DNA from: an uncultured Gammaproteobacteria bacterium | GTDB lineage: Bacteria; Patescibacteriota; Patescibacteriia; JAHIZJ01 | DNA length: 64,000 bases | NCBI GenBank assembly: GCA_964371245.1 | Contig: CAYJKP010000001.1 | Location: forward strand, 123,042-187,041 | Direction: 5' to 3' | Part shown: positions 35,531 to 47,776 of the stretch, in pieces | Layout of the letters: every line of letters starts with the position of its first letter | Position numbering within the stretch: position 1 is the first letter of the stretch | Notes under the pieces: generated by a model | What the model saw: only the letters and a program-made list of their open reading frames with translations | The model's database searches: none | Told to the model about the DNA's origin: nothing | Program-made: the position numbers and the translations under genes

Positions 35531-37432
35531 ATGAAGACTCAACCGTCTTCCCAAATCGGTCGTCTCGCGGCCGTGGCCTGTTTTCTATTCGTCGTTGCCG
35601 GGCTGGGGCTGGTTTCCGCGCCGGTCTGGGCGCTGACCTGGACGCCGGACCTGCGCCTTTCTATTCCGCCCGATTCGGTCGGTGTTACGCCGGCGATTGC
35701 CAGCGGGCAGGACGGTCATGTGCACGTGGTGTGGGTCGGGGCACCCGGTGATGGCTGGCTCCTCAGCTACAAGCGCTGGGATGGAGCAGCGTGGTCGCTG
35801 ACCCAAGGTTTGGCTTTTAGCCAATATCGTCTGGAACGCCCCTCGATTGCCGTTGATGTGCGCGGATACGTTCACGTCGTCTTCGATGCTCAGATGACGG
35901 AAGAGCAGGATGGCGTCTACTACATGCGTTGGGACGGGATTTCCTGGAGCCAAGTCTATCGGATTAGCGATGACGAGACGGGAGGAATATGCCCGTCCAT
36001 CGCCACAGATACAAATGGGTATGTGCATGTCGCGTGGTATGGATCGGAGATTTACTACAAACGCTGGGACGGGGAGTCGTGGACACTAACCATGCAGCTC
36101 AATGATCAGCACTACTACGTATCAAACAGTCCGTGCCTGACCGCAGATGTGAACGGCAATCTGCACGCCGCGTGGATTACATGGCTGGGTACTAGTCAAC
36201 CCCGGCAGCTTTACTACAAACGCTGGAACGGATGGTCGTGGACGGCGGACTCACTTCTTGTGGACACGCCATGGGCTGAAGCTCCTGCCATCACCGCTGA
36301 TCCAGTTGGAAACGTACATCTGACATGGATTGACGGACGGATTCAATTTGACCCTCAGATCATGTACAAGCGGTGGGATGGGGCTACCTGGAGTGGGGAT
36401 GAGTCGCTGTACTATGGCATGTCGCGCATGTTTCAGCATCCGACAATCACTGCCAGCGATGACGGCAATGTTCACGTCGCCTGGACCCAATACCCTTTCG
36501 GAGGCGGGGATTCGCAACTTCTCTACAAGCTTTGGAATGGGGTGGCATCGGAGACTGAACGCACCCTCGTTTCCGGATCGTTTTCCCTGAACGGCGCGGC
36601 GATGGCTACGGATACCTATGGTAACGTCCACCTCGTATGGCAGGACGGCCGTCACTACAACACCTCCATCTACTACAAGATGCGGAAACACTGCTTGGAT
36701 GGAGATGAGTACGAAGAATGCCGATGGTACACGCCTGACCCGCTGTTCTACGAGCGCTACTCCGCTAATGCCGATACGCTATCCCAGCTGCCGGGCGTGC
36801 CGGTCTTCTACGACTCGACGCGGGTGACGATCAACCGGGGGCCGAATGACCGGTTCTATATCTCGGGCGAGCAGTACGCGCTGGCGGACTGGATCTGCGA
36901 CGACAAGCTCTACATCGACGGCGCTGACGCCGGACTGGGATTCGCGGGGGTGGCTGACTCTGCTCTCACGCTCTGCCAGCCGATCGAAGACGTGTTGATG
37001 TCAGTACCGCCGCGCGACGTGACCGACTTCATCCCGGAAGGCGATCACTGCGTGACCTTCAAGCTGGCCGACACCCAGCGCGCTATCCTCGGCAACACCA
37101 GGATCTACCTGGTTTGGCAGGATGTGTCCGGCGTGGCTGACGGTGACGCACGAGTCAGCCCGGTGCTTTCCGTGTCGCCGAATCCGGCCCAGCGATCGGC
37201 GCTATTCGAGCTGAGCGTTCCGGCCACCGGCCAGTATGCCCTGGACATCTACTCGGTTGACGGCCGGCTGGTGCGTTCGTATCCGGCGGTAAGACTGACG
37301 GCCGGCGAACAGCACCGCTGGACCTGGGACGGCCGTGATCAGCTCGGTGAAACGGCCGGACAGGGGATGTATTTCGGCGCGGCCCGTTCATCTGCCGGCC
37401 AGACCGTCAGGAAGTTGCTCATCGTCAGGTAG
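35531..37432 (+). CDS. secreted beta-propeller repeat protein with a T9SS-type C-terminal sorting domain (Por secretion CTD-like); GC-rich, probably horizontally acquired
   Basis: Signal peptide (MKTQPSSQIGRLAAVACFLFVVAGLGLVSAPVWA). Eight repeats of 'hVHVVW...YYKRWDGxSW'. The final ~85 aa (VSPNPAQRSALFELSVPATGQYALDIYSVDGRLVRSY...WDGRDQLGETAGQGMYFGAARSSAGQTVRKLLIVR) match the T9SS CTD / FlgD-Ig-like consensus. ~62% GC vs ~50% for neighbours. ATG 35531 with GGGAGGGG RBS; ORF-track start 35492 is likely an extension. Confidence 0.7.
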   Translation: MKTQPSSQIGRLAAVACFLFVVAGLGLVSAPVWALTWTPDLRLSIPPDSVGVTPAIASGQDGHVHVVWVGAPGDGWLLSYKRWDGAAWSLTQGLAFSQYRLERPSIAVDVRGYVHVVFDAQMTEEQDGVYYMRWDGISWSQVYRISDDETGGICPSIATDTNGYVHVAWYGSEIYYKRWDGESWTLTMQLNDQHYYVSNSPCLTADVNGNLHAAWITWLGTSQPRQLYYKRWNGWSWTADSLLVDTPWAEAPAITADPVGNVHLTWIDGRIQFDPQIMYKRWDGATWSGDESLYYGMSRMFQHPTITASDDGNVHVAWTQYPFGGGDSQLLYKLWNGVASETERTLVSGSFSLNGAAMATDTYGNVHLVWQDGRHYNTSIYYKMRKHCLDGDEYEECRWYTPDPLFYERYSANADTLSQLPGVPVFYDSTRVTINRGPNDRFYISGEQYALADWICDDKLYIDGADAGLGFAGVADSALTLCQPIEDVLMSVPPRDVTDFIPEGDHCVTFKLADTQRAILGNTRIYLVWQDVSGVADGDARVSPVLSVSPNPAQRSALFELSVPATGQYALDIYSVDGRLVRSYPAVRLTAGEQHRWTWDGRDQLGETAGQGMYFGAARSSAGQTVRKLLIVR

Positions 37433-37508
37433 GCCGGAGGCCGGGCAGACCACCAGAATTCGTACGCATGGAGAAATCCATGCTTTTTCATTTGCCAAAG
37501 CGCCGGTA

Positions 37509-37577
37509 GCCCGAAATCTGTGTTTCGGGCGCGGTTGTATATATTAATACAAACACGCCCCGGCATGCGCCGGGGCG
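37509..37577. repeat. pair of GC-rich perfect hairpins (GCCCGAAA-n6-TTTCGGGC; CGCCCCGGC-atgc-GCCGGGGCG) at the downstream edge of the GC-rich gene
   Basis: Seen directly; the second is followed by TGGATTTG. Could be a terminator and/or REP-like boundary. Confidence 0.5.
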
Positions 37578-37647
37578 TGGATTTGCGTCTCCACGGAGAT
37601 CGTAAATCCGGTGTGACAAATATTAATAAGTTTGGTATAATATACTC

Positions 37648-38067
37648 ATGGCATGGCCTCATCCAGGATCGCTGAAAGTACGTCTCGTGGTCTATTGCGT
37701 GATCATTGCGGGTATCCTTACCGTACTCTTTTTGCGTGTTGGGTATGAGCAAGCGCGCGCCCGAGATCTCCAGCGGATCGCGGATGCGTTGATCATCCGT
37801 GGCGCGTTTGAACGGATGTATCTGCACGATCGAGGCTATGCAGCGGCGGCTGATCACGGCTGCGACAAAATCGGCGTTTCCATCCGGCAATGCAATTTAC
37901 GCACCTATTACCGGGAAATAAACGAACTCGTTGACCCGGGAAAACGGGAGTATGTCGTTACCCAGGTTCCAAGCGCGACAAATTACGAGATTACCTTCCA
38001 GCTCGAGCTTGATCATCCCAACCTGGCAAAAGGGAAGCATACGGTTACGGCCGACGGGATACACTAA
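37648..38067 (+). CDS. hypothetical membrane-anchored protein
   Basis: TGgTATAAT -10 element at 37633-37641, N-terminal TM (VVYCVIIAGILTVLFL), 139 aa. Confidence 0.45.
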   Translation: MAWPHPGSLKVRLVVYCVIIAGILTVLFLRVGYEQARARDLQRIADALIIRGAFERMYLHDRGYAAAADHGCDKIGVSIRQCNLRTYYREINELVDPGKREYVVTQVPSATNYEITFQLELDHPNLAKGKHTVTADGIH

Positions 38068-38125
38068 AGCCGTATAAATTTTCTAGATCCAACAACCTTT
38101 CGTTTGCGAGCCTGAAAAATAAGCA

Positions 38126-38887
38126 ATGTCAATGATTGTTCTCACCACCCTCATCGTCTTCATCGTCGGGGTCAGCATCGGGAGTTTTTTAAATGCGGTC
38201 ATCTGGCGTCTCCATACGCAGGAAGGTTTTTTGCGCGGCCGGTCGTATTGTCCGAAATGCCGGGCGACGATTCGGGCCAAGGATCTCGTTCCGCTGGCCA
38301 GCTTTTTTCTCTTGCGCGGCAAATGCCGTGACTGCGGCAAAAAAATATCATGGCAATATCCGCTGGTGGAACTCGCGGCTGGTCTCGCCTTCGTCGCGCT
38401 GTTCCTGGTTTATGGTTTTACCGACGCATTTTTCGTGTACGCGGTTGAGACCGCTTTTCTTATTATTGTTTTTGTCTTTGATCTCAAGCATTATCTGATT
38501 CTTGATCGGGTCATGCTACCGGCCGCCGTCGTTGGCCTGCTGGGCAGTCTTTTGCTCGGCGTGGACCCAGTCAAAATCCTGATCGGCGGTATCGCGGGCG
38601 GCGCGTTTTTTCTGCTCCAATACCTCGCCTCACGCGGAAAATGGATCGGCGGCGGCGATATCCGTCTCGGCGCGGTCATGGGTTTAATGCTTGGGTGGGA
38701 CAAATTGCTAGTGGCGATGTTTATCAGTTATTTAGTCGGTTCGCTGGTCGGCCTTGGCTTAGTGGCGAGCCAGCGCAAGAATTGGCAGAGCCGTTTACCG
38801 TTTGGCGTATTTTTAAGCGCGGCCACGTTTCTGACCTTTATTTGGGGCGGTGATATTATCGCCTGGTATGTAAAATTCCTATCATAG
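38126..38887 (+). CDS. pilD: prepilin peptidase PilD (A24 family, with N-terminal zinc-finger/methyltransferase-loop region)
   Basis: GSFLNAVIWRL, CPKC...CRDC tetra-Cys, conserved Asp-containing TM core (GGGDIRLGAVMG). Confidence 0.85.
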   Translation: MSMIVLTTLIVFIVGVSIGSFLNAVIWRLHTQEGFLRGRSYCPKCRATIRAKDLVPLASFFLLRGKCRDCGKKISWQYPLVELAAGLAFVALFLVYGFTDAFFVYAVETAFLIIVFVFDLKHYLILDRVMLPAAVVGLLGSLLLGVDPVKILIGGIAGGAFFLLQYLASRGKWIGGGDIRLGAVMGLMLGWDKLLVAMFISYLVGSLVGLGLVASQRKNWQSRLPFGVFLSAATFLTFIWGGDIIAWYVKFLS

Positions 38888-38900
38888 TGTATAATCATCA

Positions 38901-39524
38901 ATGATGAAAGTGTTAGGAAAAAAAGGCTTCACGCTTATCGAAATGATTTCCGTCGTTGCGATTATTGGCATTTTAACGACGGTTGGCGTGGTTGCATTTC
39001 TGAGAAATCGCCAGTCAGCCGATCTTGATCGGAGCGCCTCAGAACTGGCCAGCAATATCAGAAAAATACAAGGCTACACCCGGGCAGGACGGAGCGAGGG
39101 TGCAAATGTGCCGCGCGCCTACGGTTTAATGATCGATCTGACCGGCGGATGGGCCGACACATATACGTTGTACGCTGATTTCGGCACCAGTGGTGATGAT
39201 TTTTATTTCGAGCCGGCACCGACCGGCCCGGATGTCCAGATTGATAATTTTACTCTGGCGTCAAATACGCGGATAACGAGTGTCGAAATAAGTAATTTGC
39301 GAGAATCCTTCGGCCGCATTGATTTTGGTTTTTTTGTGCCCTCATCTGATTTGAAGGCAATGGGGACAAGCGTCGGCGGCATACCGCCAGATGATTCGAG
39401 TATTTTTGATACTGGTCCGATCGAGGTAAAAATTACCGTTACACACGCGCAAGCCAACAAGTCAAAGGTCGTGCGGTTCAACGGCGGCTCGCTTGGCGGC
39501 GCGACAGTGGAGGATGGCTCATGA
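38901..39524 (+). CDS. minor pilin / pseudopilin (prepilin-type N-terminal cleavage-methylation domain)
   Basis: KG|FTLIEMISVVAIIGILTTVGV leader and motif. Confidence 0.75.
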   Translation: MMKVLGKKGFTLIEMISVVAIIGILTTVGVVAFLRNRQSADLDRSASELASNIRKIQGYTRAGRSEGANVPRAYGLMIDLTGGWADTYTLYADFGTSGDDFYFEPAPTGPDVQIDNFTLASNTRITSVEISNLRESFGRIDFGFFVPSSDLKAMGTSVGGIPPDDSSIFDTGPIEVKITVTHAQANKSKVVRFNGGSLGGATVEDGS

Positions 39525-40192
39525 AACGACCAATGATCAAAAAAAACCAAACAGGGGTTACGTTACTGGAGGTTGTGGTGGCCATCTTTGTCATTACGGT
39601 CGGCTTGATATCAGCACTGGCTCTGATCATCTCAAGCATCACCGGCGCCCGGACGAGCAAGTACCAGCTGGTGGCCGGCAACTTAGCGCGGCAGGCGATC
39701 GAAGTGGTGCGCACCCAGCGCGACGGCAATTGGCTTGAAATCGAATCAAACAGTCTCGACCCAAGTTTGTGGGACCAAAACCTCTCTGGAAACGGGATGA
39801 TCTACACGGGAATAATCAATTTTCAAGATGATCCAGCGCTCGCCGATTATATGAAGTGGACCATTCTCTATGATTCGACCTATAATTTTTCTGACAATCC
39901 GTCGCAATTAAAGGTTTATTATGTCGACCACGGTTCCTGGAAAATCTATAATCAATATATGCAAGCCAACCCGCCGGGGTTGTCCGAGAGCGTTTTTCGG
40001 CTCGCTGCGTCGACAAAGCCAATCTGTATAGAAAACGGTATTGAATCGACGGTAGGAAATGGCTTCAGTTGTGAAACGACGGTCCCGCCGAAAACAAAAA
40101 TCGGCATCCAGATAAAAGCCACGGTAAAATGGCTTGAGTCGGGGATCGAACGATCGTATGAGCAAGAAGAAAAAATATATAATTGGAAATAA
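39521..40192 (+). CDS. minor pilin / pseudopilin (PilV-like)
   Basis: QTG|VTLLEVVVAIFVITVGLISAL; overlaps the previous stop by 4 nt. Confidence 0.7.
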   Translation: MKRPMIKKNQTGVTLLEVVVAIFVITVGLISALALIISSITGARTSKYQLVAGNLARQAIEVVRTQRDGNWLEIESNSLDPSLWDQNLSGNGMIYTGIINFQDDPALADYMKWTILYDSTYNFSDNPSQLKVYYVDHGSWKIYNQYMQANPPGLSESVFRLAASTKPICIENGIESTVGNGFSCETTVPPKTKIGIQIKATVKWLESGIERSYEQEEKIYNWK

Positions 40193-40193
40193 G

Positions 40194-40835
40194 ATGCGCT
40201 GGCTTCGCGATAAAAAAGGATTAAGCTTGGTCGAAATGATCGTCGTGGTCGGGCTTTTTGGCATTTCTATGTCAGTCTCAATGACGATATTGGTAAATGC
40301 CTTGCAGAACCAGCGCTCGATTCGGGCGGAACAAAAGGTCATCAGTTCCGCGCGCGACGCGCTCGAGGTACTCGCCCGAGAAATACGGCTTGGCTATATC
40401 GATTATGACACACATTATACAGGCGGCGCGCTAAATTCCGTCCAGGACAATCTCTGGGTAACAACCGGGAGTGGAAATAATTATAATTTTCGGATAACCC
40501 AAGAAGCCGGTGGTGATCCGATTACCGGACAGCTCGTGGCTGATGATGGTATGGTGGCGTCGCCGCTGAGCAGCACGGATATTAGAATTGATGCGATCAA
40601 GTTTTATGTCCGGCCGATCTCTGATCCCTACTATATCTTTTCTTGCACCGACAATAGCCAATGCGATCCGAACATCATACCGGTGAAGGCTCCGGGGGTG
40701 TGTGTAAACAACATTTGCGAATTGGAAGACCAGCAGCCACGCGTGACGATTGTTTTAAACGCGACTAACCGCGGCCAGGGTTTTGCGAAAGTCGAGCTGC
40801 AAACAACCGTGGCCGTACGCACGTATAAACGGTAA
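40194..40835 (+). CDS. minor pilin / pseudopilin (PilW-like)
   Basis: KG|LSLVEMIVVVGLFGISMSV. ATG 40194 immediately after the previous stop; the ORF-track start 40134 is an overlapping extension. Confidence 0.7.
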   Translation: MRWLRDKKGLSLVEMIVVVGLFGISMSVSMTILVNALQNQRSIRAEQKVISSARDALEVLAREIRLGYIDYDTHYTGGALNSVQDNLWVTTGSGNNYNFRITQEAGGDPITGQLVADDGMVASPLSSTDIRIDAIKFYVRPISDPYYIFSCTDNSQCDPNIIPVKAPGVCVNNICELEDQQPRVTIVLNATNRGQGFAKVELQTTVAVRTYKR

Positions 40836-40840
40836 CTATT

Positions 40841-43722
<2,882 letters not shown>

Positions 43723-44232
43723 CGAAGTCGTTGATTGAAGGATGACGAGTGATGCCCGCCTCTTTTTTATTGTCAATTTTCTGGACAAAAGAAAAAGGAG
43801 CTTCGTTCCATCGACCCGAGACTGGCGTTGTACGACGCTGCCGGCGAAGGAAGAAGCTCCTGAAGGAGCGGTCCATCCAATCCGATCGGGGGGTCAGCCG
43901 ATCCAGATTCCACAACCGTCGTGGGAGCCACGGACTCGGATGGACGCTCAAGATGCCGGGGTGAGGGGGTGGCTTCTCGCAGGAGAACGGGTTAGGCGAG
44001 ACAGTACCGTTATGTTTTGGCCGTCCCCTAGACTCATCTAAACCCCATCACCCCCGCAGTATCTGAGCAAGAAAGTAAGTTACAACCACTGATTATACGT
44101 GCAATGATTGATCGTGTCAAGGCGCCGATTGTATAAAAAAATCGGCGCAGTTTTCATAAAAACAAATCGCTTGTTCCATGGGTAGCGCCCTATCTATTAG
44201 TTATTAATCTCTGCGCAAGATCTGAAATTCTG

Positions 44233-44565
44233 TTGTATCAGCGGCAAGAAAATGCTATGCTTTATACACGTATGACAAGTTTTAATACCCGTGACATTGA
44301 CCACCTGGCCGCGCTGGCTCGTCTGGATCTGTCCGAGGAAGAGAAAAAACGTTTTGAAGGTCAGCTAGCCTCGATTTTAGCGTACGTGGAAAAACTCAAT
44401 CAGGTTGATACGCGCAATGCCGCACCGACCGCGCATGCGACTGGTTTAGTCACTGTCACCCGGAACGATAGCGTGAAGGACGAAGGCCGACAAACGGAAA
44501 TATTGAGGGAGGTGCCGGCGACCGAAGGAAAAAACTATAAGGTCAAATCAGTCTTTGAAACGTAA
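44233..44565 (+). CDS. gatC: Asp-tRNA(Asn)/Glu-tRNA(Gln) amidotransferase subunit C
   Basis: IDHLAALARLDLSEEEKKRFEGQLASILAYVEKLNQVDT is the GatC signature. Alternative start ATG 44272. Confidence 0.75.
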   Translation: MYQRQENAMLYTRMTSFNTRDIDHLAALARLDLSEEEKKRFEGQLASILAYVEKLNQVDTRNAAPTAHATGLVTVTRNDSVKDEGRQTEILREVPATEGKNYKVKSVFET

Positions 44566-46030
44566 GTCCATGGATTCTCTGCATTTAACAATAGAAGAAG
44601 CGCGGCGCGGTTTAGCCGAGAAAAAATATTCAAGTCATGAGCTTGTCCAAGCAAGCCTTGATCGAATTTCAGCGTTGAATCCTTCGCTGAATGCCTTTTT
44701 AACAGTGACGGCTGAAACCGCCTTGGCGCAGGCAGACGAGATTGACGCGAAACGACAGCGGGGCGATCAACTGTCGCCGTTGGCCGGATTGCCCTTGGCT
44801 GTAAAGGACGTCCTGGCAACCCGTGGCGTCCGTACGACCGCCGGCTCGAAGATACTCGAACAGTACACGCCGCCCTATACCGCCACCGCAGTTCAGCGGC
44901 TGTTTGACGCCGGCGCAATTATGGTCGGGAAAACTAACTGCGACGAATTCGCTATGGGTTCATCCGGCGAATGGTCGGCCTATGGGCCGACGCGCAATCC
45001 CTGGAACACTGAACGTGTGCCAGGCGGGTCATCATCCGGTTCGGCGGCAGCGCTCGCGAGCGGCATGTGTCTCACGGCATTGGGAACGGATACTGGCAGC
45101 TCGGTCCGGCAACCCGCTGGTTTCTGCAATCTGGTTGGGCTGAAGCCGACCTATGGACGGGTTTCTCGCTACGGCCTGATTGCCATGGCCTCGTCGCTTG
45201 ATCAGGTCGGCATTTTTGCCCGAACGGTTGAGGATAGCGCACTCATCCTCGAAACCATCGCTGGCCACGACTCATTGGATTCAACCAGCGTAGCGAAAAC
45301 AATTTTTGACCTCAAGGAAAGCCTGAAAGAGGTACCGAAGGGATTGCGGCTGGGCATTCCGAAAGAGTATTTTATTGACGGTTTGGATCCGGCAGTTGAA
45401 ACAACGATCCGAAAGGCGATTGAGGACTTACGCGGACTCGGCTTTACGATTGTCGATGTGTCATTGCCCCATACTCCGGACGCGCTGGCGGTGTACTACT
45501 TGGTCATGCCAGCGGAAGCGTCGTCAAACCTGGCCCGGTATGACGGGATCCGCTATGGCCTATCGCTTGGCGACGAGGCGAAGGACCTCATCGATATTTA
45601 CCGGAAGACGCGAGCGGCTGGATTTGGGCCGGAGCCGAAGCGCCGGATTATTCTTGGGACTTACGTGTTATCATCGGGCTATTACGACAAATATTATCTC
45701 AAAGCCCAAAAAGTCAGGAGCGTTATTATCCAGGAGTATAAAGACATATTCAAAAAGGTTGATTGCCTGGTAACGCCGACCTCGCCGACCTTGCCGTTTA
45801 CAATCGGTGAGCGGAATGAAGACCCGCTCCAAATGTATCTGGCCGATATATTTACGGTTTCCGCAAACATTGTCGGTCTGCCGGCAATATCGATTCCGGC
45901 CGGTTTCAGCGACGGTTTACCGATCGGTTTGCAGCTGATCGGACCTCATTTCCGAGAACACCGGCTCTATCAGGTTGCCCGAGCCTATCAAGGCGTAACG
46001 TCGTGGCACCGGCAATATCCAGCGAGCTAA
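44555..46030 (+). CDS. gatA: Glu-tRNA(Gln) amidotransferase subunit A (amidase signature family)
   Basis: Amidase signature GGSSGGSAAALA with catalytic Ser-cisSer-Lys context. An alternative in-frame start ATG 44570 directly follows the gatC stop. Confidence 0.9.
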   Translation: MKRKSMDSLHLTIEEARRGLAEKKYSSHELVQASLDRISALNPSLNAFLTVTAETALAQADEIDAKRQRGDQLSPLAGLPLAVKDVLATRGVRTTAGSKILEQYTPPYTATAVQRLFDAGAIMVGKTNCDEFAMGSSGEWSAYGPTRNPWNTERVPGGSSSGSAAALASGMCLTALGTDTGSSVRQPAGFCNLVGLKPTYGRVSRYGLIAMASSLDQVGIFARTVEDSALILETIAGHDSLDSTSVAKTIFDLKESLKEVPKGLRLGIPKEYFIDGLDPAVETTIRKAIEDLRGLGFTIVDVSLPHTPDALAVYYLVMPAEASSNLARYDGIRYGLSLGDEAKDLIDIYRKTRAAGFGPEPKRRIILGTYVLSSGYYDKYYLKAQKVRSVIIQEYKDIFKKVDCLVTPTSPTLPFTIGERNEDPLQMYLADIFTVSANIVGLPAISIPAGFSDGLPIGLQLIGPHFREHRLYQVARAYQGVTSWHRQYPAS

Positions 46031-46095
46031 TCTATTGCCAAATCTTTTTACTCGTGGTATACTGAAAAACGAATCACAATTAATAGTATTCGACA

Positions 46096-46485
46096 ATGGC
46101 ACCGAATAAATCGAATAAAAAGAGAGTCCTCCTGATTGAAGATGAAAAAATGCTCTCTACGATGTATGCGACGAAATTTACGAAAGAGGGTTTTGATTTG
46201 ATTCAAGCTTTTGACGGGGAAGAGGGGCTGGAAAAGGCGACAACGGTAGAGCCCGACATTATCTTGCTTGATATTATCATGCCGAAACTGGACGGGTTTG
46301 TCGTCCTCAAAAAGCTCAAGCAGGACGCGACTCTGAAAAAATTGCCAGTCATACTTTTGACGAACCTTGGCCAAGATGAAGATATTAAAAAGGGCAAACA
46401 GCTTGGCGCCGATGATTATTTCATCAAGGCAAATCACACGCCTCAAGAAGTAGTTGATAAGGTGAGAACCTTTTTTGAGAAATAA
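46096..46485 (+). CDS. CheY-like single-domain response regulator (REC only), paralog of 30750-31175
   Basis: RVLLIEDE...DIILLDIIMPKLDG...K; 129 aa. Confidence 0.8.
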   Translation: MAPNKSNKKRVLLIEDEKMLSTMYATKFTKEGFDLIQAFDGEEGLEKATTVEPDIILLDIIMPKLDGFVVLKKLKQDATLKKLPVILLTNLGQDEDIKKGKQLGADDYFIKANHTPQEVVDKVRTFFEK

Positions 46486-46577
46486 ATCCGGTGCGCCAGT
46501 GGAAGCCCGGCCTAAATTGGTCGAGTTATTTTTATCGAAATAATTATTCATAAATTATTTAATACGGGCAGGGTATT

Positions 46578-47648
46578 ATGAAAGATTTCCAGTTTCCATT
46601 TGTCAAAACGAAGGTTGAGGGGTTAACGACGAAATTTAATCTCGAGGATCCGGTTGAACGTCGGAAATATTTTGAAGCCAAAGTCGGCCCCGAGATTGAG
46701 AAGATCCGCGACTACCTCCGTGATGGTACATTCGTGAGTTTTTTGCTTGGGAAAAAGAATTCCGGCAAAGGTACCTACTCGAAACTTTTTATGGAGGCGA
46801 TCGGCCATGAACATCTGGCGCATGTGTCCATCGGTGACGTTATCCGCAAGGCCGACCAGGACCTGCGCGACCCGGCCAAAAAAGATATGCTGGTTGCCGA
46901 GATGCGTCGTCGGTATCGGGGATTTATCACGATCGAGGAAGTTGTCGAAACAATCTTATCGCGTTCACAGCAGAAACTGCTCCCGACCGAAGCGATCCTC
47001 GCATTGCTCGAGATTGAAATCGACCATCTCGAGCATAAGGCTGTCTTCGTCGACGGTTTTCCGCGCAATATGGACCAGGTTTCGCTCTCCCTCTTTTTCC
47101 GCGCCTTGATGGGCTATCGCGACGACCCAGACTTCTTTGTCTTCATCGATTTGCCAGAAGCGGTCATTGATGAACGAATGAAGTACCGAGTGATTTGTCC
47201 GATCTGCAAGACGCCACGGAACATCCGACTCCTCCGCACCAAGAACGTCGGCTATGACGCGGCCACGAAAGAATTCTATCTGATGTGCGATACACCCAGC
47301 TGCAACCAAGCTCGGATGGTACCGAAAGAAGGGGACAGTCAGGGTATCGAGTCGATTCGGGAGCGGATTTCCATTGATGACGAAGTCATGCGGTCGCTCC
47401 TGGGTTTGCAGGGCGTACCAAAGGTTTACCTGAGAAATTCATTGCCTGTTGATCAAGCGCGTGAGTACGTTGACGATTATGAGATTACGCCGGCCTATGT
47501 CTATCAGTATGACGCTGCCTCGCAGCACGTGAATATAACCGAAGAGCCGTACATCGCGGCTGACGATGACGGGAAAAAATCATACAGCTTACTGCCGCCG
47601 CCGGTGGTTGTGGCGTTAATCAAGCAGGTTGCTCAGATCCTCTCCTAA
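46578..47648 (+). CDS. adenylate kinase-family NMP kinase homolog with long N- and C-terminal extensions
   Basis: P-loop GKKNSGKGT, 'VSIGDVIR', 'GFPRNMDQ' and a Cys-containing LID-like insert (ICPICKT...CDTPSC); 356 aa vs ~215 for canonical Adk. Confidence 0.55.
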   Translation: MKDFQFPFVKTKVEGLTTKFNLEDPVERRKYFEAKVGPEIEKIRDYLRDGTFVSFLLGKKNSGKGTYSKLFMEAIGHEHLAHVSIGDVIRKADQDLRDPAKKDMLVAEMRRRYRGFITIEEVVETILSRSQQKLLPTEAILALLEIEIDHLEHKAVFVDGFPRNMDQVSLSLFFRALMGYRDDPDFFVFIDLPEAVIDERMKYRVICPICKTPRNIRLLRTKNVGYDAATKEFYLMCDTPSCNQARMVPKEGDSQGIESIRERISIDDEVMRSLLGLQGVPKVYLRNSLPVDQAREYVDDYEITPAYVYQYDAASQHVNITEEPYIAADDDGKKSYSLLPPPVVVALIKQVAQILS

Positions 47649-47776
47649 CCAGAAGACCCCAATATTTGGAAGAAATAAAAAATCTGGCCGGCAACGGACA
47701 GGTTTTTTTACGCCGGTTTGTCCCCCGGCGATATCATGATATACTAGTAACAGGTTTTTGTACGCGATTGTCCAAT

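Noticed and set aside
35585-37890. Minus-strand ORFs inside and beyond the GC-rich gene (35585-36028, 36251-36691, 37155-37391, 37339-37890) and plus-strand 35455-35751, 36330-36590, 36618-36827
   Set aside because: High-GC DNA yields long open frames in all phases. The plus-strand frame with the signal peptide, the repeated propeller units and the CTD is clearly the real one. ORF 37339-37890 runs across the hairpin boundary and overlaps the better-supported plus-strand gene 37648-38067.
43742-44041. ORFs 43742-44041, 43749-43964 and minus-strand 43712-43951 downstream of ligA
   Set aside because: Overlapping, low-complexity (Arg/Trp-rich), no RBS. The region is treated as a non-coding spacer. 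RNase P and SRP RNA were considered, but only partial motif resemblance was found.
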